A stretch of DNA of 64,000 nucleotides from a virus (IMGVR_UViG_3300037424_000794:6494-70493); one strand, 5' to 3'. Shown: positions 45,251 through 54,987, counted from the first letter of the stretch. Numbers and translations are program-made. Notes: generated from the sequence alone by a model not told the origin.

Positions 45251-45994
45251 ATGTCAGCAAGAGTTAGTATTATTACTCCTTTTTACAACATTAGTCATGA
45301 GCAGTTCTGGAAAAGCCATAATAGTATTATGGCACAGACAAGCAAAGATTTTGAATGGATTTTGGTCAATGATGGATCAGATAATTCAGACTGTGCTCAT
45401 CCGGATTACGATATTTTATTAGAGAGAAATTATGGTGCATCTGTAGCGAGAAATGTTGGTTTCCAGATTTCAAGCGGAGATATTATTACCTACTTGGATA
45501 TGGGTGATGAATTAGCACCCGATAGAGTAGAGACTCTTATTGACTTGTTTGACGAACATAGACTCAACATGCTATTCTCTAATTATGATATAATAGATCA
45601 TAACTATATGTTCAGAGTAGATCATTTCAGAATGTTTGATAAAGTTCATCCGTCCGATTACTTGAACAGCTTACAAAAGAACAACATCTCTATTCCTTTA
45701 GGAGTTGCTCATACAAGAAAGCCCTTCGTTGAAGCCGGTGGATTTCAGAGGGGAATTGTTTGTGGAGAAGATGGCATACTTTGGAGAAGAATGATTGATA
45801 AAATTCCTCATAATAGCATTCTATTCTCTGATGCAGTAGCAGGTACTTATTACGTTAGTGAGAGTGGACAAAGCAGGACGCAGAGAAGACCAGATATGGG
45901 CGGCTTCGCGTTTGATGGTAATCTAAAAGACAACGGAAAGTATTTAGACAAAAACTGGTATGAAACATATTCCAGCGAAGGATACTACGATTAA
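45251..45994 (+). CDS. Glycosyltransferase family 2
   Basis: VSIITPFYN, ILVNDGS, ARNVG, YLDMGD, GEDGILW. Confidence 0.9.
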   Translation: MSARVSIITPFYNISHEQFWKSHNSIMAQTSKDFEWILVNDGSDNSDCAHPDYDILLERNYGASVARNVGFQISSGDIITYLDMGDELAPDRVETLIDLFDEHRLNMLFSNYDIIDHNYMFRVDHFRMFDKVHPSDYLNSLQKNNISIPLGVAHTRKPFVEAGGFQRGIVCGEDGILWRRMIDKIPHNSILFSDAVAGTYYVSESGQSRTQRRPDMGGFAFDGNLKDNGKYLDKNWYETYSSEGYYD

Positions 45995-46003
45995 GGAGTC
46001 CTA

Positions 46004-46240
46004 ATGGCAATTCAAATGCTAGATGGTACGTGGGCTTGCTCTATATGTGGAAAACGATATTCTAATTCTCCAAGAGCAGATAGTTGTAGGGAGAGCCACG
46101 ATATGCTTTACATTCCTATGTCAAAGACCGAATTGAATAGACTAATCTACGCCCTAATGAATGAGGATTTTGATATGGTTCCGCCTAATTTGTGGAAAAC
46201 CTTACAAAAATATTCAAAGGCACAAGTAATAGATGGGTAA
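46004..46240 (+). CDS. Small Zn-finger protein (C2-C/H)
   Basis: WACSICGKRY...ADSCRESH. Confidence 0.6.
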   Translation: MAIQMLDGTWACSICGKRYSNSPRADSCRESHDMLYIPMSKTELNRLIYALMNEDFDMVPPNLWKTLQKYSKAQVIDG

Positions 46241-46448
46241 GATAAAATGTCCCGTATGTAATTCGTGCATGTCCTATTTATACATAGACCTTGTAAGATA
46301 TATATACTGTGGATTTTGCAAGGCGTACAGGCAGGGCCCGAATAATGACTTGCATATAGTTGAAAGTCCATATAAAGATAAAATAGAATCTAGTAAAGTA
46401 GATGACCCTGTGGAGAATAATGAACAAGAAATTCCTGAAAATGGCTAA
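46233..46448 (+). CDS. Small Zn-ribbon protein
   Basis: CPVC...CGFC. Confidence 0.55.
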   Translation: MGKIKCPVCNSCMSYLYIDLVRYIYCGFCKAYRQGPNNDLHIVESPYKDKIESSKVDDPVENNEQEIPENG

Positions 46449-46803
46449 AGAAGAGTCTAAAAAGTCTGATATGGACACTAAGGTAGGCGCTGTTCTTGTG
46501 GTAGGCAAGGATGTTATTAAGGGACACAACAGAAGCAAAACCCACCCCGAATTTGCCAATCCGGAGAAGCACATAAGAAAAAGTCTGCACGCTGAGTTGG
46601 ATTGCCTTATTAAAGCAAGAAATAGAAAGTTCCCAGATGTTGTAATGACAGGAGGGATTTTGTATATATCAAGGTCGGTAAAAGATATTCCTGCTATGGC
46701 TCGTCCATGTGAGCATTGTCTTGGTTTTCTAAAAAAAGCCGGAATAAAAAGAGTAATTTACAGTACTTCCTATCCACCCTTTACAGAAGTGGAGGAATTA
46801 TGA
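46420..46803 (+). CDS. Cytidine/dCMP deaminase-fold protein
   Basis: KVGAVL, HAE, ARPCEHC. Confidence 0.88.
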   Translation: MNKKFLKMAKEESKKSDMDTKVGAVLVVGKDVIKGHNRSKTHPEFANPEKHIRKSLHAELDCLIKARNRKFPDVVMTGGILYISRSVKDIPAMARPCEHCLGFLKKAGIKRVIYSTSYPPFTEVEEL

Positions 46804-47000
46804 TATACTCGTATGTGTGTAAAGAATGCGGAAAATATTTTGAGCTTTCTATGAGTGTTGGGGAATATAATTCTACAGACAAAGTGTGTCCATTCTGTAC
46901 TTCGTCTTTAGTTAGAAGAACATATCAAGCTGCTACCGTGATATATAATGGAGATGGATTTACAAAGCAGACAAAGGAAGATGTAAAAGGGGAAGAATGA
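46800..47000 (+). CDS. FmdB-type Zn-ribbon protein
   Basis: YSYVCKECG..FE...CPFC...GF. Confidence 0.8.
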   Translation: MIYSYVCKECGKYFELSMSVGEYNSTDKVCPFCTSSLVRRTYQAATVIYNGDGFTKQTKEDVKGEE

Positions 47001-47347
47001 AAGTAGCTATTGTGGGTAGCAGAGATTGGAGTAATTATGGTATGTTTAAGCATTACATGGATCAGTTCAGTAGGCATATTTCTATTGATCTTATTATCTC
47101 CGGTGGGGCTAGGGGTGTTGATAGCATGGCCTATAATTATGCAGTTGAAAGAGGAATCACATTTGTATGCCATCCACCAAAGCCGGAAGATGGATACCCA
47201 GCAAAGTTCTTCCGAAGAAACCTTAGAATAGTTGAGCACTCAGAATGTGTTATAGCTTTTCCAAAAGGAAAAAGTACTGGTACAAGGCACTCTATCAGAT
47301 TAGCTGAAAAGCTAAAGAAGACCTGTTATGTAGTGGAGATAAAATGA
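46997..47347 (+). CDS. SLOG-family (DUF2493/YspA-like) protein
   Basis: IVGSR, IISGGARGVD, RRN, STGT. Confidence 0.85.
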   Translation: MKVAIVGSRDWSNYGMFKHYMDQFSRHISIDLIISGGARGVDSMAYNYAVERGITFVCHPPKPEDGYPAKFFRRNLRIVEHSECVIAFPKGKSTGTRHSIRLAEKLKKTCYVVEIK

Positions 47348-48279
47348 CAATTCTGTATGATCTAATAGATCAAGACTTCGGAATTAGGGGAAACGGACGA
47401 TGGTATCAGTCCCTTAAGCACGACAGTCTAGTGTATGATGCTGAAAAAGATCAGTTTTTTTGGAACTCTAGAGACATCAGAGGAAATGCCTTAGATTACT
47501 TGGTTCATGTAAGGCACATGGGGGCTAAGCAAGCTAGGGCACTTTTAAAGAGCACCTACAAACCAATAACTTATTCCGACGACAGAGAGCATCCAGTATA
47601 TACACCTTATGTAAAGCTAATAGACACATTCTGGCTAAACGGATTCGATAATAGGGACTATTGGTATAGTCGGTGTATAACCGATGAAACCATAGACAGA
47701 AGAAGACTAGGATACTACGAGGGGTGGAATCTAGTCCCACTTGAGCTTGATGGTAAGTTTGTGAATTTTCAAATGAGAAGAGATGATCCAGAGAAGATGA
47801 TAAAGCTATGGTACGAGCTACCAGGATGGTCTCCTGTATTAATAAACACAGAAATTCTTGACATCGTTGACACAATATTTATTACAGAAGGTTTAGTAGA
47901 TGCAATTCTCCTTAGCCAGGAAGGTATCCCTGCGGTTTCTCACACCGGAGGCGGTGGATACTGGAACATAGAGTGGTGTAAGTATTTCAGCAAAATACAG
48001 AAGATTTACTACATTATGGATAATGATGAAATAGGAAGAAAAGCAGGACAAAAAGTAGCTTCCAATTTAGGAGTATACAGAACATATTTGTATAGCTTTG
48101 AAGATAGGAAAAAAGGCTATGATACAGGAGATTTCTTCAAAGAAGGCGGAACTGCTGCTGATTTCAAGAAGGAAGTCGAAGAAAATGCAAAGAGTATATT
48201 CGAGATTGGAGGAGTGAATGAAGGAAGATACAAAGGAAAAAGTTATAGAATATCTACAGCATCTCATAGAAGATATTAG
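47344..48279 (+). CDS. DNA primase (Toprim)
   Basis: ITEGLVDA, MDNDEIG, DTGD. Confidence 0.85.
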   Translation: MTILYDLIDQDFGIRGNGRWYQSLKHDSLVYDAEKDQFFWNSRDIRGNALDYLVHVRHMGAKQARALLKSTYKPITYSDDREHPVYTPYVKLIDTFWLNGFDNRDYWYSRCITDETIDRRRLGYYEGWNLVPLELDGKFVNFQMRRDDPEKMIKLWYELPGWSPVLINTEILDIVDTIFITEGLVDAILLSQEGIPAVSHTGGGGYWNIEWCKYFSKIQKIYYIMDNDEIGRKAGQKVASNLGVYRTYLYSFEDRKKGYDTGDFFKEGGTAADFKKEVEENAKSIFEIGGVNEGRYKGKSYRISTASHRRY

Positions 48280-48415
48280 AATCGGAGATGCTTTTGATTT
48301 AAGGGTAGGGGTAACTCGCCACTTCCATCAATATTCACTAGATGGAATGACCATAAAGCACATTCCTCTTGATGCATATACTGTTCAGCTTGACTACTGG
48401 AAAAAGGAGATTTAG
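48218..48415 (+). CDS. Hypothetical protein
   Basis: GGAG RBS. Confidence 0.45.
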   Translation: MKEDTKEKVIEYLQHLIEDIRIGDAFDLRVGVTRHFHQYSLDGMTIKHIPLDAYTVQLDYWKKEI

Positions 48416-48982
48416 ATGATCGTAGGATTAGACATCGACGGAGTAATCAGACCTTGGCATACTAGTGTATATAGGCACTTTCAGATTTTCAAAGGTTTTG
48501 AAGGTACGGAGCGAGAATTTTGGGATTACTTCAGAGGCCTTGATAAGGATATGCAGGATTATTATGTATCCATTCCGCTTATGTATATGGACACTGCTCC
48601 GAGTAAAGATACTATTTATTATGTGAATAAAATTGCTGAAATAGCACAAATCTACTATATAACCTCCTGTCCAGAAGATATTAAAAGGCTGACCTCGAAA
48701 TTTTTCAATATATACGGTCTGCCCTTTAAGGAGAATATTATCTTCTCAAAAGACAAGGCTAATTATGTACGGCTAAATAAGATAGAGTACTTCCTAGATG
48801 ATCTGCCTAAAAATATAGACCAGCTAAAAGGCATTACTAATGCTTATTTGTTCAAAGCAAGTCACAATTGGGAAGTTAGGGATAACTATAATGTCATGAA
48901 TTCTATGAAAGAGTTCTATGAACTTTTATTGAGTAAAACTAGACAAGAGAAAATTATACAGGAGTTAGGATATGGAAAATAA
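48416..48982 (+). CDS. HAD-family 5'(3')-deoxyribonucleotidase-like protein
   Basis: GLDIDGV, ITS, K, FLDD, HN. Confidence 0.8.
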   Translation: MIVGLDIDGVIRPWHTSVYRHFQIFKGFEGTEREFWDYFRGLDKDMQDYYVSIPLMYMDTAPSKDTIYYVNKIAEIAQIYYITSCPEDIKRLTSKFFNIYGLPFKENIIFSKDKANYVRLNKIEYFLDDLPKNIDQLKGITNAYLFKASHNWEVRDNYNVMNSMKEFYELLLSKTRQEKIIQELGYGK

Positions 48983-49430
48983 GTGGTTTGGAATGAATGA
49001 TAGCTCTAATGAAGACCCAATAAAAGTTTATGCTAAAAAGGTAGAGATTAACAGAGCAAAACTATCAAATCAATTTGAAGATGTTACGCACATGGTTTTC
49101 GGAATTATTACTGAGTTAGGGGAATTGTTAGACATCTTCAAAAAGTATATGGCTTATGGGAAGCCAGTAGATTGGGTAAATGTTAAGGAGGAAATGGGGG
49201 ACATTATGTGGTATTTTATAGGTCTATGCAACGTCTTAGAGCTAGATTTCTGGGATATTTTAGATACAAATATGAGAAAGCTAGATACTAGATATAAGAA
49301 TGGATTTACCAAAGAAGAGGCTCACAATAGGGACTTGAAATCAGAAAGAGTAGTTTTGGAAGGAAAATCTAAACTAGAGATACTCACGGAAGTTAATCCT
49401 AGTGGCTGGATGGAGGAACATAATAAATAA
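48972..49430 (+). CDS. MazG-like NTP pyrophosphohydrolase
   Basis: ELGELLD, EEMGDIMWY, NMRKL..RY. Confidence 0.9.
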   Translation: MENKWFGMNDSSNEDPIKVYAKKVEINRAKLSNQFEDVTHMVFGIITELGELLDIFKKYMAYGKPVDWVNVKEEMGDIMWYFIGLCNVLELDFWDILDTNMRKLDTRYKNGFTKEEAHNRDLKSERVVLEGKSKLEILTEVNPSGWMEEHNK

Positions 49431-49432
49431 TA

Positions 49433-49843
49433 ATGGATACTAAGCTAAATACTAAAGTTTTCTACGGTGATGGGTATGATATAGATGAGTCTCTGCTTGA
49501 TAACATAACATACGAGCAAAGAGAATTACTGAAAGAGATGATGACTTCCGGGCATTATTCTGATGGAATAAATATCCACAAGTTCTTAGTTGATGACTAC
49601 ACTATTAATCTTGAAAAATTGGAACTGGCTGTTACTCTAGCAGTTACTGCACTAGAGGCTAATTCCCCCGACGAGGACGTAACTTTGAAACTGAGAAATC
49701 TGGATTTTTATTACAAAACTCGCGGAATAGTAGGAGATGAAGCAAAGGAAAGAGAAGAGAGAACATTTATCCTTGGATTTGTTTCTTCTATAGCGAGTGA
49801 AGTATCAACTAGGGATACATTGGTAGTAAAATATGTATCGTAG
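49433..49843 (+). CDS. Hypothetical protein
   Basis: Coupled ORF. Confidence 0.5.
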   Translation: MDTKLNTKVFYGDGYDIDESLLDNITYEQRELLKEMMTSGHYSDGINIHKFLVDDYTINLEKLELAVTLAVTALEANSPDEDVTLKLRNLDFYYKTRGIVGDEAKEREERTFILGFVSSIASEVSTRDTLVVKYVS

Positions 49844-50020
49844 GCAGTGGATAGTATTGGAGGTTCTGAAAGCTTTTGCTTCCGGAGCTAAGTTTCTTTC
49901 TATGAAAGTTAAAGATCAGGATAAAGACCAGAGAAATCTCAAGAAAATGTTCCAAAGAAAGAACGAGACAGTAGACATTACGAAAGACCCAGACAAAGAA
50001 AGACTTTGGTTTATAAGGAA

Positions 50021-51070
50021 ATGATAGAAATAATTAATAACGATAATATGGAAGTTCTTAAGACTATGGAAGAAAGTTCTCTGGATTCTATTGTAACAGA
50101 CCCTCCGTATGGAATTTCTTTTATGAATAAGAAATGGGATTATGATGTTCCTTCTGTGAAATTCTGGGAAGAAGCTCTCAGAGTTTTAAAGCCAGGTGGG
50201 CATATACTTGTTTTTTGTGGAACAAAGACACAACACAGAATGGCTGTAAATATTGAAGATGCCGGATTTGAAATCAGAGATGTAATTACTTGGCTATACG
50301 GGCAGGGGTTCCCTAAATCTTACAATATAGCAAATGGTATAGAGGGATTTATTAAGAATGGAAGCTCTAATACAAAGGATTATAAAAAGTTGGAGGGAAC
50401 ACCTAAGAAGAAGAGCCTGGGATTTTCTACAACTTCTTTTGAGCAAGGCGTAAAGCCAGCAGATTACACAAAAGACGGTAAAGATTACCTAACAGATATT
50501 CAATATTCGACAGATGAAGCTTTACAATGGGACGGGTGGGGAACTGCTCTGAAACCTGCATGTGAATTTATTACACTAGCTAGAAAACCTATTTCTGAGA
50601 AAACAATAGTAAAGAATGTTTTGAAGTGGGGAGTTGGTGGAATAAATATAGATGCTACAAGAATAGAACTTAATGGGGAAATAGTACCTATAAATAAGTT
50701 GGAAGATTGGTCTGGTTTTGGTCAGCTACAAAAGCCGGAGTACATTCCTACAGAGAATGTCAAAGGAAGATTTCCCGCTAATTTAGTTTTAGACGAGATT
50801 GCAGGAGAAATGCTAGGAGAGCAAAAGAGATTTTTTTATTGTAGCAAAGCATCCAAAAAAGAAAAGGGAGAATTTTCTAATCATCCTACAGTTAAGCCTT
50901 TAGAACTTATGAAATATTTGGTTAAGTTAATAACGCCATTTAAGGGAAAATGCCTTGACCCGTTCTTGGGTTCGGGAACTACTGCACTGGCTTGCAAGGA
51001 ATTGGGTTTTGATTTTATTGGCATAGAAAAAGAGAAAGAATACTACGAGATTGCTCTGAGAAGATTATAG
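50021..51070 (+). CDS. Site-specific DNA methyltransferase (N6-A/N4-C, beta class)
   Basis: TDPPY before DPFLGSGTT; HPTVKP. Confidence 0.93.
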   Translation: MIEIINNDNMEVLKTMEESSLDSIVTDPPYGISFMNKKWDYDVPSVKFWEEALRVLKPGGHILVFCGTKTQHRMAVNIEDAGFEIRDVITWLYGQGFPKSYNIANGIEGFIKNGSSNTKDYKKLEGTPKKKSLGFSTTSFEQGVKPADYTKDGKDYLTDIQYSTDEALQWDGWGTALKPACEFITLARKPISEKTIVKNVLKWGVGGINIDATRIELNGEIVPINKLEDWSGFGQLQKPEYIPTENVKGRFPANLVLDEIAGEMLGEQKRFFYCSKASKKEKGEFSNHPTVKPLELMKYLVKLITPFKGKCLDPFLGSGTTALACKELGFDFIGIEKEKEYYEIALRRL

Positions 51071-51100
51071 TAGAATTTAGAAGTTTGTGAGTAGACGCAA

Positions 51101-51133
51101 AAAATCCCCACTGGAATTTCCAGTGGGGATTTT
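51101..51133. terminator. Bidirectional terminator between convergent operons
   Basis: AAAATCCCCACTGGAA-T-TTCCAGTGGGGATTTT perfect inverted repeat. Confidence 0.88.
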
Positions 51134-51156
51134 AGTTTAAATATTTGGTTGTAGTA

Positions 51157-51537
51157 TTACTTTACTTCAATGTCAGGAATAATCACAGACGGTTTGAAGA
51201 TTACCCGATAGTGGTACGGATCGGCATGTGCAGAGTCAATTTGCTCCGCGAAATACGTGACATTATCTGACAGACCAAGGAAGTGCTTTTTGAACTGATT
51301 TTCTCCTGTCTTACATGTCACAGATAATTCTACCCCACTTGTATCGTAGTTTCCAAGGGAACACAATCCCTCAATTTGCAGAATGTAATCACCCGTGATC
51401 CCGTTGTAGAAAACAATTCTACGGGTGATTTCAAAATTATCCGCTGCGGTGGATAGGTTTTGTGATGCTACATCTGCATCAGAGCACCCGGTCAGGAAAA
51501 TCATCAGCATTGCGAATACTAACAGAAATTTCTTCAT
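51157..51537 (-). CDS. Lipoprotein
   Basis: Signal peptide with lipobox LTGC. Confidence 0.75.
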   Translation of the reverse strand: MKKFLLVFAMLMIFLTGCSDADVASQNLSTAADNFEITRRIVFYNGITGDYILQIEGLCSLGNYDTSGVELSVTCKTGENQFKKHFLGLSDNVTYFAEQIDSAHADPYHYRVIFKPSVIIPDIEVK

Positions 51538-51851
51538 TCTTTGTCTCCTTTTGCTAAAACTAGATTCATATAATGCTTTATACCGTATCTTATTGTTGGA
51601 GTTTCTTCGCCATCATATAAATACACTGTCCATTTTGTCATAGAGATTATATAACTAGAGCGTAATTTACCAGTACTATACCAGTATCTCAATATTATTT
51701 CTGATGCCTGTTCTCTACGAAGAGCTTTTTCCAAGCAATGCCAAGCGTTATTTGGATATGTAGTTATCATGAGGGTTTCTTTTGTATATTCTTCCCCATC
51801 GAACGGTGACGTTCTAATTTCTACTATTTCAAATATCATTATCTTATCCAT
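51534..51851 (-). CDS. Hypothetical protein
   Basis: Likely start MDKI at 51851. Confidence 0.5.
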   Translation of the reverse strand: MDKIMIFEIVEIRTSPFDGEEYTKETLMITTYPNNAWHCLEKALRREQASEIILRYWYSTGKLRSSYIISMTKWTVYLYDGEETPTIRYGIKHYMNLVLAKGDKE

Positions 51852-52054
51852 ACTATCAGTGAAACTACCCACCCGACTGTTCCAATAGATAATCCCTCCA
51901 TTATAAAGAAATATACTAAAGTGTATGGAAATGGGGGAATGAATAAACCCGCCCCTAAAACCGTACACACCCCTATGGATAGCAAAACAATTGCCACCCA
52001 TACAGTAAGCTGCATTATAACGAATTCTGCGCCCTTGATTATTCTTTGTTCCAT
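51839..52054 (-). CDS. Small membrane protein
   Basis: Hydrophobic; GGAGG RBS. Confidence 0.5.
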   Translation of the reverse strand: MEQRIIKGAEFVIMQLTVWVAIVLLSIGVCTVLGAGLFIPPFPYTLVYFFIMEGLSIGTVGWVVSLIVWIR

Positions 52055-52065
52055 TTATTTACCTC

Positions 52066-52461
52066 CTACCAATCATTCTCAAATCCACCAATGCCAAGCT
52101 GTAGAATTTCTTCTTTGAGTTCATCCATTGAAACTTCCCCCCACCCGCCTTCCTTCTCTTCTATTTTTTCCTCAATAGACTGGAAGAAATCCACGTCGAA
52201 TTCCTGCACTTCATATCTACCTAAGTACATGTCATCGTACCAGGTAAAATTTTTCACCTTCTCCTCGATAGACTTTAATGTGATAACCCACGAATAAATA
52301 GGAAGCAGCGGTTGTATAACAATATACATTTCCCACCTAGAATCTAGAGGAATAGATTTATCCTTGAGAACTTCTGTGGTAATCTTGATAATCTCTTTGT
52401 TGGCGTTCATGTAGGTGGACAGAAATTCCTTGGTGATTTCGTGCTTATATGGAATATTCAT
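52066..52461 (-). CDS. Hypothetical protein
   Basis: GGAGG RBS, ATG at 52461. Confidence 0.55.
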   Translation of the reverse strand: MNIPYKHEITKEFLSTYMNANKEIIKITTEVLKDKSIPLDSRWEMYIVIQPLLPIYSWVITLKSIEEKVKNFTWYDDMYLGRYEVQEFDVDFFQSIEEKIEEKEGGWGEVSMDELKEEILQLGIGGFENDW

Positions 52462-52462
52462 C

Positions 52463-52612
52463 TCATTTACCTCCAGCAGTTTGCGAAAGAACCAAGCATA
52501 TAATACCCGCCCCAAATAAGCTGCCAGCAATCCCCTCAGCCCTGCTGAAAAGCAAAGATAAGATAGAACTAACCAACAAAACAAATCCAGCGATAGCCCA
52601 AAAATCCTTCAT
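52463..52612 (-). CDS. Small membrane protein
   Basis: Two TM segments; AAGGAG RBS. Confidence 0.5.
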   Translation of the reverse strand: MKDFWAIAGFVLLVSSILSLLFSRAEGIAGSLFGAGIICLVLSQTAGGK

Positions 52613-52625
52613 TCTATACTCCTTT

Positions 52626-52799
52626 CTATAGAATTTCAAATACTTTTTTTGTAGTTTCTTCAGTAGAATCAACTAGCCAGGCGTAGTCTACACACTGATA
52701 CACAATTCTTGCTGCTTGTCCTTTTGATTCTGCCAACACAAGCAGAGTCTTCTCTGCACTTGAATTTTGAGAAATAAGTTTTACTATGAAAGTCTTAAT
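52626..52799 (-). CDS. Small protein with a probable ATT start codon
   Basis: AGGAG-AAAAG-ATT AAG ACT TTC...; 57-aa ORF filling an otherwise empty gap. Confidence 0.5.
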   Translation of the reverse strand: MKTFIVKLISQNSSAEKTLLVLAESKGQAARIVYQCVDYAWLVDSTEETTKKVFEIL

Positions 52800-53202
52800 C
52801 TTTTTCTCCTTTCAATTGCTGAAAAATAGTGTAATAAAAAATTTCTACAGCTTGTACGCCGATTACGAAATTAAAGAAGTGATGCCAAAGCATGTGTAGA
52901 GAACCAGACGCTTTCTCCTTGTCATTTCTTAGATACCAATAGTAATTTCTTATGGTGTTTATGACAATACATCCATGTTGTTCTGTTTCATGATTTAAAT
53001 CACTAATGTAGTCGTAGAATTCTACAGAACCTCTGTCTTTCTTTTTATAAAAGGAAAGTATTTCATCAATTAGAGAAGAATAGTATCTATAAATGGTCAA
53101 ATATTTTTCCTCTGCGTCTTCTCTGGACATAGTAGCGTAATCATCAGAATATCCTACTATTTTCTTTGCTCTAGTACTTGCATATACAAATTTTGTATTC
53201 AT
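52795..53202 (-). CDS. Hypothetical protein
   Basis: ORF. Confidence 0.5.
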   Translation of the reverse strand: MNTKFVYASTRAKKIVGYSDDYATMSREDAEEKYLTIYRYYSSLIDEILSFYKKKDRGSVEFYDYISDLNHETEQHGCIVINTIRNYYWYLRNDKEKASGSLHMLWHHFFNFVIGVQAVEIFYYTIFQQLKGEKD

Positions 53203-53251
53203 CTTCTCCGGTCCTATTTAGCCTTGAAATTATATATAGGTTTCACAATCA

Positions 53252-53929
53252 TTATCCAACCTCTACTTCCGGAAATTCTTTGAATCCATATATTCCAGTA
53301 CTATGAGAGTTTCCGGTTGATATAAAATCAGACCACTTAGACTCCGGTTTTTTCCCTTGTAAAAGGGCAGCAAACCTTTTTAAGGTTACTGGTAGTCTTT
53401 GCTTGTCTGATGACATGAACCTTAATGCTTGAATTTCTCCAGACAAAAGATTCTTCAAATATTGTACGATGTCATCACCAGAGTTATACAACCAGCCTAT
53501 TCTTAATAGGGTCATGTAAGCACTTAACAATGGCCCATTTTCTGCCCATCTCCAGCTAAATTCTAAAACAACCGTTTTCTTATCTTTTGTTTTAAATCCT
53601 TTTGTTTTTGGGAAACCAAGTACATTCTCGAATTGATTCACTAGAAAAACAACATCATCCAGTTTTGCCTGCAAGTCCGTAGAGCCAGCTATCAGAGCGA
53701 CTCTAAATTTTCTGGCAGAGATATTAAATCCTGCTAATTTCCAAGCAGAGTATTTATATTCGTTGCCAGTTTGATTTGTCTTTAGATACCAGAAATCATC
53801 CTGTATGAAATCTTTGCAAGCATATGGATAGTTCATGGCGGTGTTATTTTTCCCCAAAAGAGCGTATGTAAGAGAGGCATCATATACAAATCCAGATGTG
53901 GGTTTTGTTCCAAAATTAATATTAAGCAT
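53252..53929 (-). CDS. Unknown protein of the ligase cluster (paralog 1)
   Basis: SAYMTLLRIG motif. Confidence 0.5.
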   Translation of the reverse strand: MLNINFGTKPTSGFVYDASLTYALLGKNNTAMNYPYACKDFIQDDFWYLKTNQTGNEYKYSAWKLAGFNISARKFRVALIAGSTDLQAKLDDVVFLVNQFENVLGFPKTKGFKTKDKKTVVLEFSWRWAENGPLLSAYMTLLRIGWLYNSGDDIVQYLKNLLSGEIQALRFMSSDKQRLPVTLKRFAALLQGKKPESKWSDFISTGNSHSTGIYGFKEFPEVEVG

Positions 53930-53931
53930 GG

Positions 53932-54240
53932 TTATTTCCTATGTGTTTTGAAATAAATTTCCCAGATCATCTTTCTTACTTCCTCAGTCATGTTATAATC
54001 AGGATATTCTTTGGGATTTTCATTGTAGAATTCCTGTACTTTATTTAGTAGGCTCGCCAGAGCAACTTTCCTACCTTTGCTCTTTTCAAACCGATCCTTA
54101 TAGAACAGATGAGCCTGTCCCGTAATATTTGTATTATCGATTCCTATAGCATCATCTACTCTTATAAGTTCTGCGTAGGTAGACGTACCATTTCTGCTGA
54201 ATTTTACACCGTATGTTTTTCCGTTCAGTTCAAAAAACAT
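53932..54240 (-). CDS. Hypothetical phage protein
   Basis: D.F.KSKGRKVAL motif. Confidence 0.5.
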   Translation of the reverse strand: MFFELNGKTYGVKFSRNGTSTYAELIRVDDAIGIDNTNITGQAHLFYKDRFEKSKGRKVALASLLNKVQEFYNENPKEYPDYNMTEEVRKMIWEIYFKTHRK

Positions 54241-54241
54241 G

Positions 54242-54559
54242 CTATACTCCTTTGCTCAAAGTTTCTTTTACTAATTTTCTGACATTTCTCAGTGTATCTT
54301 CACTTAGAAATTCTTCATCAGCCTCATCCACAAGCTCTTCTACACTAATCTTGATCTGTAATTTAAGCTCTTTTGATAGATTACAGGCTGTATTAAGGAG
54401 CTTCTCTAATTCCTCAAGAAATTCCTCTCCAGATAATCCATCAAGAGATAGAGAACTTTCCAGGGTGTATTCATCTGCTCCTACGACTAAGTCCAGAAAA
54501 AGATAATCTTCGTGCGAATTTTCTGGAGTTCCCACATATATACTAAGATAGTTTTTCAT
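54242..54559 (-). CDS. Acidic hypothetical protein
   Basis: ORF. Confidence 0.45.
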   Translation of the reverse strand: MKNYLSIYVGTPENSHEDYLFLDLVVGADEYTLESSLSLDGLSGEEFLEELEKLLNTACNLSKELKLQIKISVEELVDEADEEFLSEDTLRNVRKLVKETLSKGV

Positions 54560-54579
54560 TTTTAAGTTTAAGACTCCTT

Positions 54580-54987
54580 TCAGGAATTCTTAGCCTTTTC
54601 ATACAAGGCTTTATTCATATTGCTGTGTTTGTCATTCTTGTTGACCACATATACCGTAATTACTACAGCGTCTGCTGAAACTACCAGTACAATATCTACT
54701 GGAAGTTCCTCAAACGAGAATCTAAAACAAGCTTTTTTTACAATATTATTTGAAAGATAATACTCAAATATGTTATCTACACGTATATTGCCTTTGTGTA
54801 TTGATTTCAGTAGATATTTAAATAGACTTCTCCCATAATCTGCACAATACCCAACGATCTTTTCTACGGAGTGCGAAGAAAATACCATGCTGCTGGATTT
54901 GTAGAGATTATTTATAAATTCTTCCAGGATTTCGGTACTACCTGTAGGAAAGTAAATGTTCCTGTGGAATCTAAGAGATTTCTTCAT
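54580..54987 (-). CDS. Hypothetical protein, weak DUF4258/RelE-like pattern
   Basis: FSSHS...VITVY. Confidence 0.35.
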   Translation of the reverse strand: MKKSLRFHRNIYFPTGSTEILEEFINNLYKSSSMVFSSHSVEKIVGYCADYGRSLFKYLLKSIHKGNIRVDNIFEYYLSNNIVKKACFRFSFEELPVDIVLVVSADAVVITVYVVNKNDKHSNMNKALYEKAKNS

